64,000 nucleotides of DNA from Octopus bimaculoides (Eukaryota): the NCBI RefSeq assembly GCF_001194135.2, contig NC_068991.1, forward strand, positions 4,500,384 through 4,564,383, read 5' to 3'. Positions 1 to 12,411 of this stretch are shown here, piece after piece. The notes under the pieces are model-generated. The model searched no databases, was not told the origin of the DNA, and worked only from the letters and a program-made list of their open reading frames with translations. Each line of letters begins with the position of its first letter. The stretch's first letter is position 1. A program made the position numbers and the translations under genes.

Positions 1-480
1 CATCATCATCATCATCATCATCATCATTAGCAGCAGCAGCAGCATGACCACTACTCCATTGTCCATTATCATCATCATTGTTATCATGAGAATGCCGCAT
101 CTGCTACTTTTTCCTCTTCCCCTTCCTCAATCATCATCGTCAGCGTTATCCCCTTCATCACCCACATCCAGCCTTTCCCCATTCTCTCCCCTTCCACCTA
201 CTCCTCCTACTCATTATCATCGTCTTCGTCGTCGTGAACACCATCATTATCCCCATCTACATCAGCATCTGCATCATCCATACCCTCCTCCGCCCCATCA
301 TCATCATCGTCGTAGTCATCATTGTTATCACCTACATCATCGTCTGCATCATCCACATCCTCATCCTCATCCTTCTCATCTTCCTCATCATCATCATCAC
401 CACCATCACCATCTTCGTCATCATAATCATCATCATCATCATCATCTACAACAACAGCATTATCTTCCTCATCAGCACCA
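1..480. repeat. Degenerate (CAT)n/(CCT)n trinucleotide tract
   Basis: Runs of catcat with point variants; gives His-, Ile- or Ser-rich reads depending on frame. Confidence 0.85.
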
Positions 481-816
481 TCTTTGTGATTTGATTTTAT
501 TACTAAACATGGAAGATGGAATTATTATCACATTTATCTTCATTTCCATTGTCTTTGAAAAATCAGGCCTTTGCTATTAATTTGTCATCGATTCTGGATG
601 GGCAATGTTGTTGTGCACCTCCTCTCTCTAATCGAACGAGTTCTTCGATTGGCATATAGGTTCTTAACTTATAAAGCAATCGGCTATAACGTTGCGAAAT
701 CTCTTTTATGATTGGAGAGAGAAATGTGATAATTTTACTGCCAAATACATGCATCCAGAATATTTGTGCATGTACACATTAACGTATGTTATACATGTCA
801 TTGTGGTTGCTGTTGC

Positions 817-885
<69 letters not shown>

Positions 886-984
886 TAATGATAATAATGA
901 TAATAACAGTATTAGTTATATTGGGGCAGAAGTTGTAGAAATTGTAGAATGACATCCATGGACCTCCGTTATGCATTATTATTA

Positions 985-1022
<38 letters not shown>

Positions 1023-1072
1023 GCTATTATTATTATTGTTATTAATAGTATTACTACTACTATTATTATTAC

Positions 1073-1150
<78 letters not shown>

Positions 1151-1210
1151 CATTATTATTGCTACTATCATCAATGTCATGTCCATTACGACCATCATTA
1201 TTATTATTAA
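817..1210. repeat. (TTA)n microsatellite blocks
   Basis: Near-perfect (att)n at ~817-885 and (tta)n at ~978-1210. Confidence 0.95.
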
Positions 1211-1978
1211 AATAGATTAAGAATGGAGGTACATCATTTGCGATACATCATTTGAATCATTGCAAGTTACATTGATCTAAATTATAGAGAGAATCCGCAG
1301 ATACCGTTTGAAATGGCAAAATGGCGGATAGTCATTTAGCGATAGATTGGTTTATAATTTCAGTGGAAATGAAACAAGGTTTAATGACATAAAGGTTTAA
1401 GAGGCTCCTTTATTAATGAAGTAACTTTATAAACATTGTCTTGTCTTAATGAGAGGAAAACCGAAAGAGAAATTAGACTGACAAAGAGAAAGTGCGAAAG
1501 TGATGAAGCGGGGAGGTAAATTGAGGAGTTGGAAGGAAATACAAGAGGCGTAAATCAAGCGAGTTAAAGGTAGAAAGCTATTACGAATGCTGTAATAGCA
1601 TAATAACGAAAGTTAAAGTATGAGCGAAACAGTGAATGTGACAAGTTATCTATACGAATAATATGGTGGTTATATCAGTTGTGCGGGTGATGGCGGTTTA
1701 TAGACGTTGTGGTATAGAATGAGAAGGAGAGAGAAGAGATAAGACTGGGGTGAAAAACGAAACGTGAAGAAAGAATCGTTACGCTTTAAAGTAAATAGTC
1801 TGTGTGTTAGTGTGTATGTGTGTGTATGTGTGTGCGTGTGTGTGTGTATGTGTGTATCATGTGTCTGTGCGTGGGTGGATGGCAGAGATTAATGAGTTTG
1901 GTGGAGTCAGCCTTTTTCTACTCTGAGTATCAATTTCTCTATCCATCAAAATATCTAACTTAACTTTCTGTATGTATG

Positions 1979-2009
<31 letters not shown>

Positions 2010-2191
2010 ATGTGTGTGCATATGTATATATATATGTATANNNNNNNNNNNNNNNNNNNNNNNNNNNNNNNNNNNNNNNNNNNNNNNNNNNNNNNNNNNN
2101 NNNNNNNNNNNNNNNNNNNNNNNNNNNNNNNNNNNNNNNNNNNNNNNNNNNNNNNNNNNNNNNNNNNNNNNNNNNNNNNNNNNNNNNNNNN

Positions 2192-2227
<36 letters not shown>

Positions 2228-2261
2228 GGGTAAGTACATAGATACAATACAAACTTGATGG

Positions 2262-2470
2262 CAGTTGAAATCTACTTGAGGCATTAGCAAACACGTAAGA
2301 GAGATTTTCAGTCTATATTTTGTCATGGGAGAAATTTCACACTCTACACAGGTGCAAAAGCACACCATGTCAGTTCGAAGGGGTCCCTGTCCAGACTGTT
2401 GAGTGCATGTATCTCGGAGTAATTGTCTCCTCCTCAGCACGGGACACTGGAAAGATAAACGCCACTAACT
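2262..2470 (+). mobile_element. Highly decayed non-LTR retrotransposon RT fragment
   Basis: Stop-interrupted frame ...FEGVPVQTVECMYLGVIVS..., resembling the LINE RT 'GxxIExVxxFKYLGvii' motif. Confidence 0.35.
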
Positions 2471-3022
2471 GATAAGAGTGAGAAGTCTCTCTTATATTTC
2501 CGACATCGCTGTCTGAGCCAACGACTCTTAATAAATTTACGAGAATAATTCGGATTGTGCGCTGTTCAATGTTGAGTAGAAAACAGTTTCTCTATACTTA
2601 CATACTATACATACATAAAAACTTACTTACACACATACATGAATTACATATATACATACATACAGACATCCTTATACATATATACACAAATACACACAAA
2701 CAGGAGCACTAACATTAAAGCATCAGTGTACACGTATGTAATTTTACAATGATATAGATGTGTATTTGGGTATGCAGGTGAAAGTGTATGTTTGCGTGTA
2801 TGAATACATATGTCTTGTGTGTAGGACAGCTATATGCGTTCTTGTTTTTGTTTTTGTTTTTATAAAGTATAGTTTTGCAAAAACATTTACGAACAATCCA
2901 AATCAAAATGAAAAATAATAGAAAACAAATGTAAGTAAAAATATAAGGAGAAGAGAAAGAAAAAGATAATTCTAGAAAACCATGAATAACTTCAACAACA
3001 CAAATTAAAATATAACATATCA

Positions 3023-3106
3023 TCAAATATGCAGCGAGGGGGCATGGATGAACAGATGAAAGGAAGACTGACATGCAATCGTACCGCTAATTGCAATTAG
3101 AAGCTG
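3023..3106 (-). CDS. Candidate terminal exon of the minus-strand gene (QLLIAISGTIACQSSFHLFIHAPSLHI*)
   Basis: Acceptor gttctctcttacag; phase 0 matches the candidate exon ending at 4752; no homology recognised. Confidence 0.22.
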   Translation of the reverse strand, partial: QLLIAISGTIACQSSFHLFIHAPSLHI

Positions 3107-3599
3107 CTGTAAGAGAGAACAATCTCTAGTTAGACTACGATGTATAGGTGTATATATGTGTGTACGTGTGTGTTATGTGTGTATGTATGTATGTATGTAT
3201 ATGTATATATATATATACATACACACACACACACATACACACACACACACACACNNNNNNNNNNTACACACATACGCACACATATATATATATATGCATG
3301 CATAAATACATACTCAAGCGCACACATACACATATTTATTTATATGAGACTCAGCTGCTACACAACGACTGAGTATGACATTTATTTTCGCTCCGATTTA
3401 CCATCGACGCTCGCATGCAGCCAATTTTTCTGCCAGTCGACTTCAGAAGATTTGAACTGCTAACCTGGTGATGAACAAAATTCTGTTAAGCATTTTGTCC
3501 AAATTACTAATGATTCTTCCACCTATCTCTGCCTTAACTACAATATTAATATAGGTTTCAAATTTTGGTACCATGTCAGCAATTTCTTTACTGAGAACA

Positions 3600-4112
3600 A
3601 TTCGATTAAATCGACCCCAATGCTCAACTGGTACTTATTTTACTAACTTCGAAATGGAAAATGGTGAAGTCGACCTCGGCGGAATTTCAACTCAGAATGT
3701 AACGACGGTCAAATTACCGCTAAGCGTTTTGCCTGACACCGTAACGAATCGGCCAAACCAGCCACCTTACTCAACTAGATATATTCTTTTCTACTCAAGG
3801 CACAAGGCCCGAAATTTGTGGGAGGGAGAGGGGCAGTCGATTACACCGATTCCAGTACACACCTGGTACTTAATTTACCGACCCCCAAAGGATGAAAGAC
3901 AAAGTCAACATGCTAACGTTTGTGCCAGCTCGCCGCCTTCACGACTAGAAATATTAGATCGACCCCAGTATGCAACTGATACTTAATTTATTGACCCCGA
4001 AAGGATGAAAGGCAAAGTCAACCTCGGCGGAGTTTGAACTAAGAACGTTGCGACCGTCGAAATACCACTAAGCATTTCGCCCGGCGCGCTAACGTTTCTG
4101 CCAGCTCGCCTT
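3600..4112 (-). mobile_element. Three tandem copies of SINE family A (~3600-3770, 3781-3940, 3955-4112)
   Basis: Each carries parts of actggtactt...gaccccgaaaggatgaaaggcaaagtc(g/a)acctcggcgg...ctgccagctcgcc; the middle copy is internally deleted. Confidence 0.85.
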
Positions 4113-4458
4113 ACACAACTAGAAATATTGACGGAAAATTTGATCTGTGTATGCTTTGAATTGAAACCTTAAGTGATGTAAGTATATTTACGTTTACTTC
4201 ATCCGTACTTAAGAATATTGGTAAGTGGAATTGAGCAAGCAGCAGAAAAGCATTGAGATGGTAAAATTTTGACATTGTATAGTATCTCTTCGCTAACTTA
4301 ATATATTTTCCAAAAGTGCTTCCATCAGCATACTTATCGATTTTCTAGATACTCAGCATGAGATTTCTCAATCACTGGACATGATACGTATAGAATATAT
4401 GTATATATTCATGCTAATATACACAAAAACGCACAAATACGTAAGCACACACATATGT

Positions 4459-4489
<31 letters not shown>

Positions 4490-4751
4490 TGCACAGACAT
4501 ACATACACACATATATATATACATACACGTGTATATATATTTGCATGTTTACTTGTATATACACATATATATACCTTTGTGTATACTTACATATATGTTG
4601 TATATGTGTATGTGTGTGTGTATGTGTGTGTGTATCGTTTTGTTATGGCTATTATAGATAAGAAAAATTTATAGCCCCAGGTCAGCAACGAATGCACAAA
4701 TTTATTAGCAAATACACCCCAGCGATGTGCATCATATCAAATATTATTTAC

Positions 4752-4819
4752 CTGATATATTTCTCGAGTCATCCTGTGCCACGTGATTTTGAAATCTTTC
4801 AAGGTTGTGATGTTTGGTG
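4752..4819 (-). CDS. Candidate internal exon, phase 1->0 ((S)PNITTLKDFKITWHRMTREIYQ)
   Basis: Acceptor ttcttcttaaaatag, donor CAG|gtaaat, open frame compatible with exon 7959-7837; NIT sequon. Confidence 0.3.
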
Positions 4820-5103
4820 CTATTTTAAGAAGAACTTGGATCCTATTGCCACACAGGTCAGAGAATCAATTCCAAGTTATATCATCCCAATTATTAAAAA
4901 AATAGGATATCACTATAGCGTGAGTTAAATATATTCTGAACTGTTTTACAATATGGCCGAAATTCCTTACCTTTTGGGGGAAAGACATAAAATGTTGTCT
5001 TCTGCGAATATTTTTGACAAAAGTACAACCTAAATAATTGTTAGAGAAGAGAAGGAGGAGAGAAAGGGAGAGGCAAAGAGAGATACCGAATCAGCTAATG
5101 AAA

Positions 5104-5220
5104 GAGTGAGTGAGTAAGCGAGTGAGTGAGTGAGTGAGTAAGTGAGTGGGTGAATGAGTGAGTGAGAGTTTGAGTAAATGATTGAGTGAGTGAGTGAGTG
5201 AGTGAGTGAGTGAGTGAGTG
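5104..5220. repeat. (TGAG)n tetranucleotide microsatellite
   Basis: gagtgagtgagt run abutting the mariner fragment. Confidence 0.9.
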
Positions 5221-5221
5221 A

Positions 5222-5490
5222 CGAATCGACACCAGACTCGATTAAAAAATTTTTCATTTTTCTGACAAGAAAGTAGCAAAAAACGTCGTTCTTTCTGATT
5301 TTCATTGAGTTCATGTGGAACCCACTTATCCAAATTTTTCACTTTACCGATTTGAACTAGGTGAGTCAATATTGTTTGCTTCTTAACACCAAGAAACAAA
5401 GATAATTCACGGCCACCTTGAGATGGATCTGACTCGACGGTGGCTTTCATTTCGTCATTATGTTTCTAGTCGACCGCGTTGCTCATTTGT
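5222..5490 (-). mobile_element. Mariner (Tc1/mariner, Hsmar1/Mos1-like) transposase fragment, truncated
   Basis: MKATVESDPSQGGRELSLFLGVKKQTILTHLVQIGKVKNLDKWVPHELNENQKERR contains the diagnostic WVPHEL linker and the second HTH; deleted before the DD34D core. Confidence 0.9.
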
Positions 5491-6195
5491 GAGGTTAGAG
5501 TTACCAGAACGAAATTTTGCAAACCAATTTGATATTGTCTGCTAATGTTAACAGTATCAAACCAATTTCATACTGTTGACATTAGAATGAAATACTCTAT
5601 TAATATTTCGAGCTGTCTTTGATGCTGTATTGCCAAGAAAGAACTCATATTTCAAAACTGTACGAATTTCCAGCTTATCCATCTCTAAACATAAATAGCA
5701 AAGTACGATTTATAAATACTTTATAATGCGCAAATTTTTTAGAATATAGAAATAGATGTGTCAGCTTTCTAACAGATAATATTGTCAAAATATAATAATG
5801 GCGCAAAATGAGCAGATGTCAATTTTTTACCATATAAATTACTACATATTTCATACTTGACGACCTAATATATTATGTCAAGTTCTACATGATCTCAAGT
5901 GTTTTTCCCCTATTAGAATATTAGGGTGTAATGTGAGTGATTTTTAGCTGCTATTTCTAGCTGTGTGTGTTGTTGCTATTGTAATTGTTGTTTACTCCCA
6001 GTACAATCCATATCAGGTAGGGTTATGATGAAAATGCATTCCATCTGTGAGCATCACGCCTTTATGGAGCCTTTACGTCTGCGTTATCCAATAGAACTTT
6101 ACTTATGAAGGCGGTACGGTGTGATTTTATGGAGTTTGAGCTGCTATTTCTAGCAGATCAAGTCACCTTTTATTTGCTGTCTATGCCATCTCATT

Positions 6196-6500
6196 GACTT
6201 TTTCTTTCTCTTTCTCTTTCTTTCTCATTCTCTTGCTTGTTCTCTTTTTCACTTTCTGTCTCTCTTTCTCACTCCTTCTATATTTCACTCTCTCTGTCTC
6301 TCTATCACTCTCTCTCTCTATTTCGCTCTCAGTTTCTCTTTCTAACTCTCTTTCTCCTTATCTTTCTCTTTCACTCTCTCTTTCCCTCTCTCTTCCTCTT
6401 CTCTATTTTTTTCTCTCTCTGTCACCCTTCCTCTGTCTGTGATCTCTCTATCTTTCTCTCTCTCTCTCTCTCGCTCTCTCTTTCCCTCTCTCGCTCACTC
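6196..6500. repeat. Degenerate (CT)n polypyrimidine tract
   Basis: Direct inspection. Confidence 0.9.
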
Positions 6501-7261
6501 AGTTTTAAACGTTTGTTTTGTTCACTAGTCTTTGTTCTTTATGCATTAACGAACAAACATAAATTTCCAACTATCAGACACAAATCATCAGTCAACATTC
6601 AAACATGTTTTGATCTACTTGAAATTTTCTCCATTTTCTCTGCTTAAAAATGTGTTTATCCATGTGAATTTATTTTCGGCATACTTCAATAAAATTCTGA
6701 AAATTGGATTTTAAATTTTTGTTTGGAATTAAACATCCTCGTTTAATGATAGGTTCCTTCATACGTCTCCTATTTGTCGATCGATTAAGCATCCATTTCA
6801 ATCATGTTTTATTCTTAAAGAGCATACTTTGTGTGCAGTTATTTTATTTTTTAGTACTGTTTGTTTGTATTTTATGTTGTTGTTATTCTACATATCCTAA
6901 TTAGTTTGGCATAATTTCCATTCTATGCTCTTATAGAATATTTATAATTATTTGTTAGACGATTGTAATAGACGGAAGTCGTCTGTAATTGCAATATACT
7001 AATGATCCTGGCTGATTTGAGTTCGTGTCTGGTTTGAAATTATTTTAATCTACATTTCTTGTTATTGTCCTTTACAGGTCGATTCATCAATTAAAAGTGA
7101 TAATAAGTGATATTGAATGATGTCTTTGGCACCGGAAATCATTTTTAATGAAGGCCTATTCTTTCTGATTGAATTGGTCATAATTCTCTGTTAACCCTTT
7201 GTCTGCCCTGTGGAGTACTTGTGATACTCAGGGCATATTTATCAGGTGGCCATGTATCAAG

Positions 7262-7460
7262 TATGATACTTATTCCTAATCATTACCGGATTAATTAGGG
7301 GCTTACGAAAGGAATGCATTATTTTATGTACGGAACAAGGAATACCTAAAAGTCTGACAACGAACATCTCATTTTGAGATGGTTTCCATAAATCTGCAAG
7401 ATCACGCATAACTGTAAGATCACTGCTCCAAGTCAGAAGGAGAAAACATTTAGGCTGTGA
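7262..7460 (-). mobile_element. Possible decayed LINE RT fragment
   Basis: Open frame ...DLADLWKPSQNEMFVVRLLGIPCSVHKIMHSF...NPVMIRNK loosely resembles RT 'LW..L...GIP..I..I.SF'. Confidence 0.25.
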
Positions 7461-7836
7461 TTAGTGCATGTGCAAAAGTATTGCAGTCATGTGTATGCGG
7501 AGACGTATATATGTATTGGTACATGCAGGTCTACAGATTGACTGGCACGTATGACTAACGCAATGAGTGCGTGTGTACATATAATTGTATATACACGGAG
7601 TATGCATTCATGCATACATACATAACTAACTCATTGGTGTTTTCTAAATTCCAGTGGAATAATCGTGTTTCTAAGGTAGAAACCAGCCATATCGCAATTG
7701 GTGAGAAATTCGAAAATACGCCTGCATTATTCACATTTATATATTAAGATATCGCAGCGTATTTCACTTAATACCGCGTCGGAGCCGAATTGCTAACGAG
7801 TTAGAAACACTTATAATAGACGTGTCAACTACTCAC

Positions 7837-7959
7837 AGCTGACAATGAAATATATTCCGGCTGGATTAATACGTATATCGATTTTCATTCGGCCGAACTT
7901 GATCATACTCAGCGCACAGACATCAACAGATTCAGCAGAGACATGCAATGATTGTAGAC
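7837..7959 (-). CDS. Internal coding exon, 123 nt, phase 1->1 (LQSLHVSAESVDVCALSMIKFGRMKIDIRINPAGIYFIVS)
   Basis: Acceptor ctacgttttcag, donor gtgagt; only one of three frames open; non-repetitive composition; phase compatible with exon 27441-27288. Confidence 0.62.
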
Positions 7960-10606
7960 CTGAAAACGTAGAAGGAGAATACATGAATAAAAATTCTCTA
8001 TTGTCAAATAGCAATTACGACACATCTTTGTGCATTGCATTATAGAAGTTATAAGAGAAAGTTCAGTAATGTTACAAATATGGAATGACAAATGCAGAAT
8101 GGAGGTGGGGACTGCTTACAACATACATATAGATGAAACACTCTCACATTTACACGATATAATATATATATAATCATATATANNNNNNNNNNNNNNNNNN
8201 NNNNNNNNNNNNNNNNNNNNNNNNNNNNNNNNNNNNNNNNNNNNNNNNNNNNNNNNNNNNNNNNNNNNNNNNNNNNNNNNNNNNNNNNNNNNNNNNNNNN
8301 NNNNNNNNNNNNNNNNNNNNNNNNNNNNNNNNNNNNNNNNNNNNNNNNNNNNNNNNNNNNNNNNNNNNNNNNNNNNNNNNNNNNNNNNNNNNNNNNNNNN
8401 NNNNNNNNNNNNNNNNNNNNNNNNNNNNNNNNNNNNNNNNNNNNNNNNNNNNNNNNNNNNNNNNNNNNNNNNNNNNNNNNNNNNNNNNNNNNNNNNNNNN
8501 NNNNNNNNNNNNNNNNNNNNNNNNNNNNNNNNNNNNNNNNNNNNNNNNNNNNNNNNNNNNNNNNNNNNNNNNNNNNNNNNNNNNNNNNNNNNNNNNNNNN
8601 NNNNNNNNNNNNNNNNNNNNNNNNNNNNNNNNNNNNNNNNNNNNNNNNNNNNNNNNNNNNNNNNNNNNNNNNNNNNNNNNNNNNNNNNNNNNNNNNNNNN
8701 NNNNNNNNNNNNNNNNNNNNNNNNNNNNNNNNNNNNNNNNNNNNNNNNNNNNNNNNNNNNNNNNNNNNNNNNNNNNNNNNNNNNNNNNNNNNNNNNNNNN
8801 NNNNNNNNNNNNNNNNNNNNNNNNNNNNNNNNNNNNNNNNNNNNNNNNNNNNNNNNNNNNNNNNNNNNTATATATATTTATATATATATATATTTGTATC
8901 TATATATATAAAACTATATATATCTATGTATCTATCTATCCGTCTATCTATCTGTATGTATGTGTGTCTGTGTGTCCGTGTCATTGTAAAAATGTATATT
9001 TATGTGTGTATATGTACGTACGTGTATTGTCGCTGATGCGTTTGTGTCTATATCTGGGTATGTATGCCTATGTGTAAGTTTTAAAAGTGCATAAGTAAAA
9101 CAACAGACATAAAGCATTAAACAAAGCAGAATAGTTAGTGTCATATTTGTAAAACCAGCTGGCCTTTTCTTATTACTGAAAATAAATATTAATATGAATA
9201 ACTATAAGAATATGATACGATCATCTAACAGCTGGTGGGCAATATTTCGATTATATTATATTAACCTCCTACCCCACCCCACCCCCACTAAGATGATTTC
9301 AATGTGACCAATTCTATTGTTTTAAATATACATAGAAATAGAGAATCAGACAAACACCCAACTGATAACACATATAAGTAAAACATTCATTCTACATATA
9401 TGTGTGTGTGTATGAATAGATGTATATATATATATATATATNNNNNNNNNNNNNNNNNNNNNNNNNNNNNNNNNNNNNNNNNNNNNNNNNNNNNNNNNNN
9501 NNNNNNNNNNNNNNNNNNNNNNNNNNNNNNNNNNNNNNNNNNNNNNNNNNNNNNNNNNNNNNNNNNNNNNNNNNNNNNNNNNNNNNNNNNNNNNNNNNNN
9601 NNNNNNNNNNNNNNNNNNNNNNNNNNNNNNNNNNNNNNNNNNNNNNNNNNNNNNNNNNNNNNNNNNNNNNNNNNNNNNNNNNNNNNNNNNNNNNNNNNNN
9701 NNNNNNNNNNNNNNNNNNNNNNNNNNNNNNNNNNNNNNNNNNNNNNNNNNNNNNNNNNNNNNNNNNNNNNNNNNNNNNNNNNNNNNNNNNNNNNNNNNNN
9801 NNNNNNNNNNNNNNNNNNNNNNNNNNNNNNAGATAAACAGTTACCAGGGTACCAAAACATGACACAATAAAAGGATGTAACTCCTTGTTTTTAAAGGTAG
9901 AAATTACGGGTTTACGTGAAATAGTTTCTATAATATATATATAAATAAATAAATAAATAAATGGAGTTAAACGCAGGTGTTATTCAAATACTTTTACTTC
10001 CGACACATGTTTCGAAGATATCACTGGTGTTATTCAAAAGGAAAAAAATGGTGTGAAACAATGTAATATTCTCTTTAGGGAACTGAAGAAATGAAATTCA
10101 TCAATAAGACATTTTAACAGAATATGACGGATATCTATAGTGATTAACTGAACGCTATTAAGTTTGTTTTAAAAAAAAACGTCATATGATATAACGTCAA
10201 AGGCAGCACATAGAAAGAGGAGGGGTAAAGGAAAGAAAAAAACAAATAAATAAGAAGTATATAACGATATGTATATTAAATAGAACCCAAAAGTATTAGA
10301 AAAGTATATATCTAGTGAATGTGAAATGTAAGAAGAAATCAATGTTAACCATGTGTGAGTTGATAACAGAGTAATATCTAGAATTCTTTGGAAAATTCCT
10401 AATAACGAAACTGCAAAGGAAGATTAGATTTAATTTCCCTCCCATAAGGAATAATTAACAAAATTGTTTTACTATGAGTTACCTTATTTTCAGTGTAACT
10501 ATCTTTGAAAGAGAAATTTACCTTTAGAACGAAAATAGGGGTTTAAATAAGCGTTATATCCCTGTTTGGTGTTGGCGTATAAATTATAATTATTGTGCAT
10601 CTAGTT

Positions 10607-10792
10607 CAGTGTAGGCTGTGTCACTTCAGGTGCATAGGATAAAAAAAAGGATATACCACGAGATATATTGAGTTGTCTTTGGTATGTTGTTCTCACTCGT
10701 TGTATGTGGATACTCAACATGCCAGCAGAACTCAGTATCTCGTGGGATATACATTTTTGTACCAAGCACCTGAAGTGACACACCTTATACTG
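10607..10792. mobile_element. Fold-back (near-palindromic) MITE-like element
   Basis: tgtgtcacttcaggtgc...ccacgagata...ggtatgttg pairs with caacatgcc...tatctcgtgg...gcacctgaagtgacaca; imperfect arms of ~80 bp, loop ~28 nt. Confidence 0.7.
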
Positions 10793-12130
10793 GTTGATTC
10801 GCTTCAGCGCCTGTGTGTGTGTGTGCGTAAGTCAGGTGTCGTGACATAATTTACATCTACGCGTCTTGCTTGCTTACACATCTTTCTTTACATATACATC
10901 ATATAACGATTACTTCATCAAATCCAAGGAGATTGAATGTCATATCAAACACTTCAAATTGTGAAACAGCCCTGGTCAGGGTTACATTGTCAACAACACA
11001 TCAACTTTTCATCTCTGGGTGCAGTCACACTACCATCAGTAACAATAATTCAACTTAGCGTCTAGCTCCGACTTAAATTAGCTGCGTTTAAAAATCCCAG
11101 TAGTCTGAACAAATCTGTATATTTTAATAGAGATCTGAGTCGAAACAGGAAAGAGTCGTATGCAACAAAATTGTACGAATAGTTTTGTTGATTTGGTGTA
11201 TTATGCCATCGAAATTTTAGTGCAAGATGTTACCAGTAGAAAACAAAAACTTCAGTTTTTATTTTGAGGATATGAAAGGAGTCTAGATTTGTGTAGATGA
11301 ATATGTGGTGCAATAAAAATGACTGAAACAAAAGAAACGGCATCGGTGACATAGAGACAGGAAGATATTAAGAAAAAAACTAAAAAAAAGGAAAACAGAT
11401 TCAATGAATGAATAAATGTCCAATAATCTGACAGAAAGTCTTTATAACTTGAAATATAAAGACATAGAAACAAATAGGTACACCCAGCGGAAAAGACAAG
11501 TAACTTTAGAAAGAGAGACAGCAAGCAAATGAATAGAACATAAGCAAGAAGGGAGACAGTTATATAGAACGAGAAGGAATATATAAGAGTCGCATAACTT
11601 TTTTGTATTTTTAGAAAGAAGAAAAGAAAAAATCAATCACTGTAACATAAAACGTAAATCACAAAAAAAGCCAGAGAAGTCGGGCAGTGACAAACGGTTT
11701 GAATGAAGCGAGAGGAACTAAATGCCAGACAAATTGTATTGATGCATCGATTGCGTTCATAAAATAGAGGTTATCTATATAATATTCATGTTGGCTGCAA
11801 AGCATAATAGTTATGGTGTTTTTAGCTTTTATTAGTATTGTGACTCAGATAATGTGGGCGAAGTTTGTATGGCAGCAGTGTTTGAAGTGTTAGGTTTTGG
11901 TGTTTCTAGGGAGCGGTATAAAACGATAAAGTTTTTAGGAAGAAGCACTAACATAGATTTTTAGAAAGCAGTATTTTAGCTTGATCGAGTGTAATTTGAT
12001 AGGTTGAATACATTTATACGGAAATCATGTTGATAGTGAAGAGAAGTACGAAGATCGAGAAATACAAAAAGTCAGTGGTGAATCATAGGATCGATTCTAG
12101 ATAATAGGATTTATACTCAGATACTTATTT

Positions 12131-12411
12131 TTTGTAGTAAAGATTGTTTGGCAACATAGCATGGCAATCCTGGTTAAGGACGAATGTTGCTGTAATTTAG
12201 CCCGACACGATCTTTGTACTTATATTTTCGAACAAGGGAATCTGGCACCCACACTCAGCTCAGAACAATATATGTGTATCGCGATTTCCCGGTTATTTTC
12301 CTTCATCAGCACAGAATAATTCTTCGGCTAGAGGTGGCGCTGCCAAATTCCCGTTCGAAATATATAAACCAGGACTGCCATGTTATGTTGGCAAACAATC
12401 TTTACTACAAA
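12131..12411. mobile_element. MITE-like element with ~46-bp terminal inverted repeats
   Basis: 12131-12176 tttgtagtaaagattgtttggcaacatagcatggcaatcctggtt is the reverse complement of 12366-12411 with about 3 mismatches. Confidence 0.75.

Noticed and set aside
44-580. 178-aa His/Pro/Ser-rich ORF as a His-rich structural (beak-type) protein
   Set aside because: Derived from a degenerate (CAT)n tract; other frames are equally open; no GHG-type repeat motif or clean signal peptide
692-1215. Poly-Ile, poly-Leu and poly-Asn ORFs
   Set aside because: Translations of (ATT)n microsatellites
8944-9175. MTLTILLCLMLYVCCFTYALL signal-peptide-like ORF behind a tttattttcag acceptor
   Set aside because: No donor found; runs into (CA/TA) low-complexity sequence; hydrophobicity is expected from AT-rich DNA
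8049-9870. Long ORFs containing X runs (also near 16-17, 25.5, 39.7, 41.6, 45-46, 48-50 and 52-53.7 kb)
   Set aside because: Artefacts of N-gaps lacking stop codons
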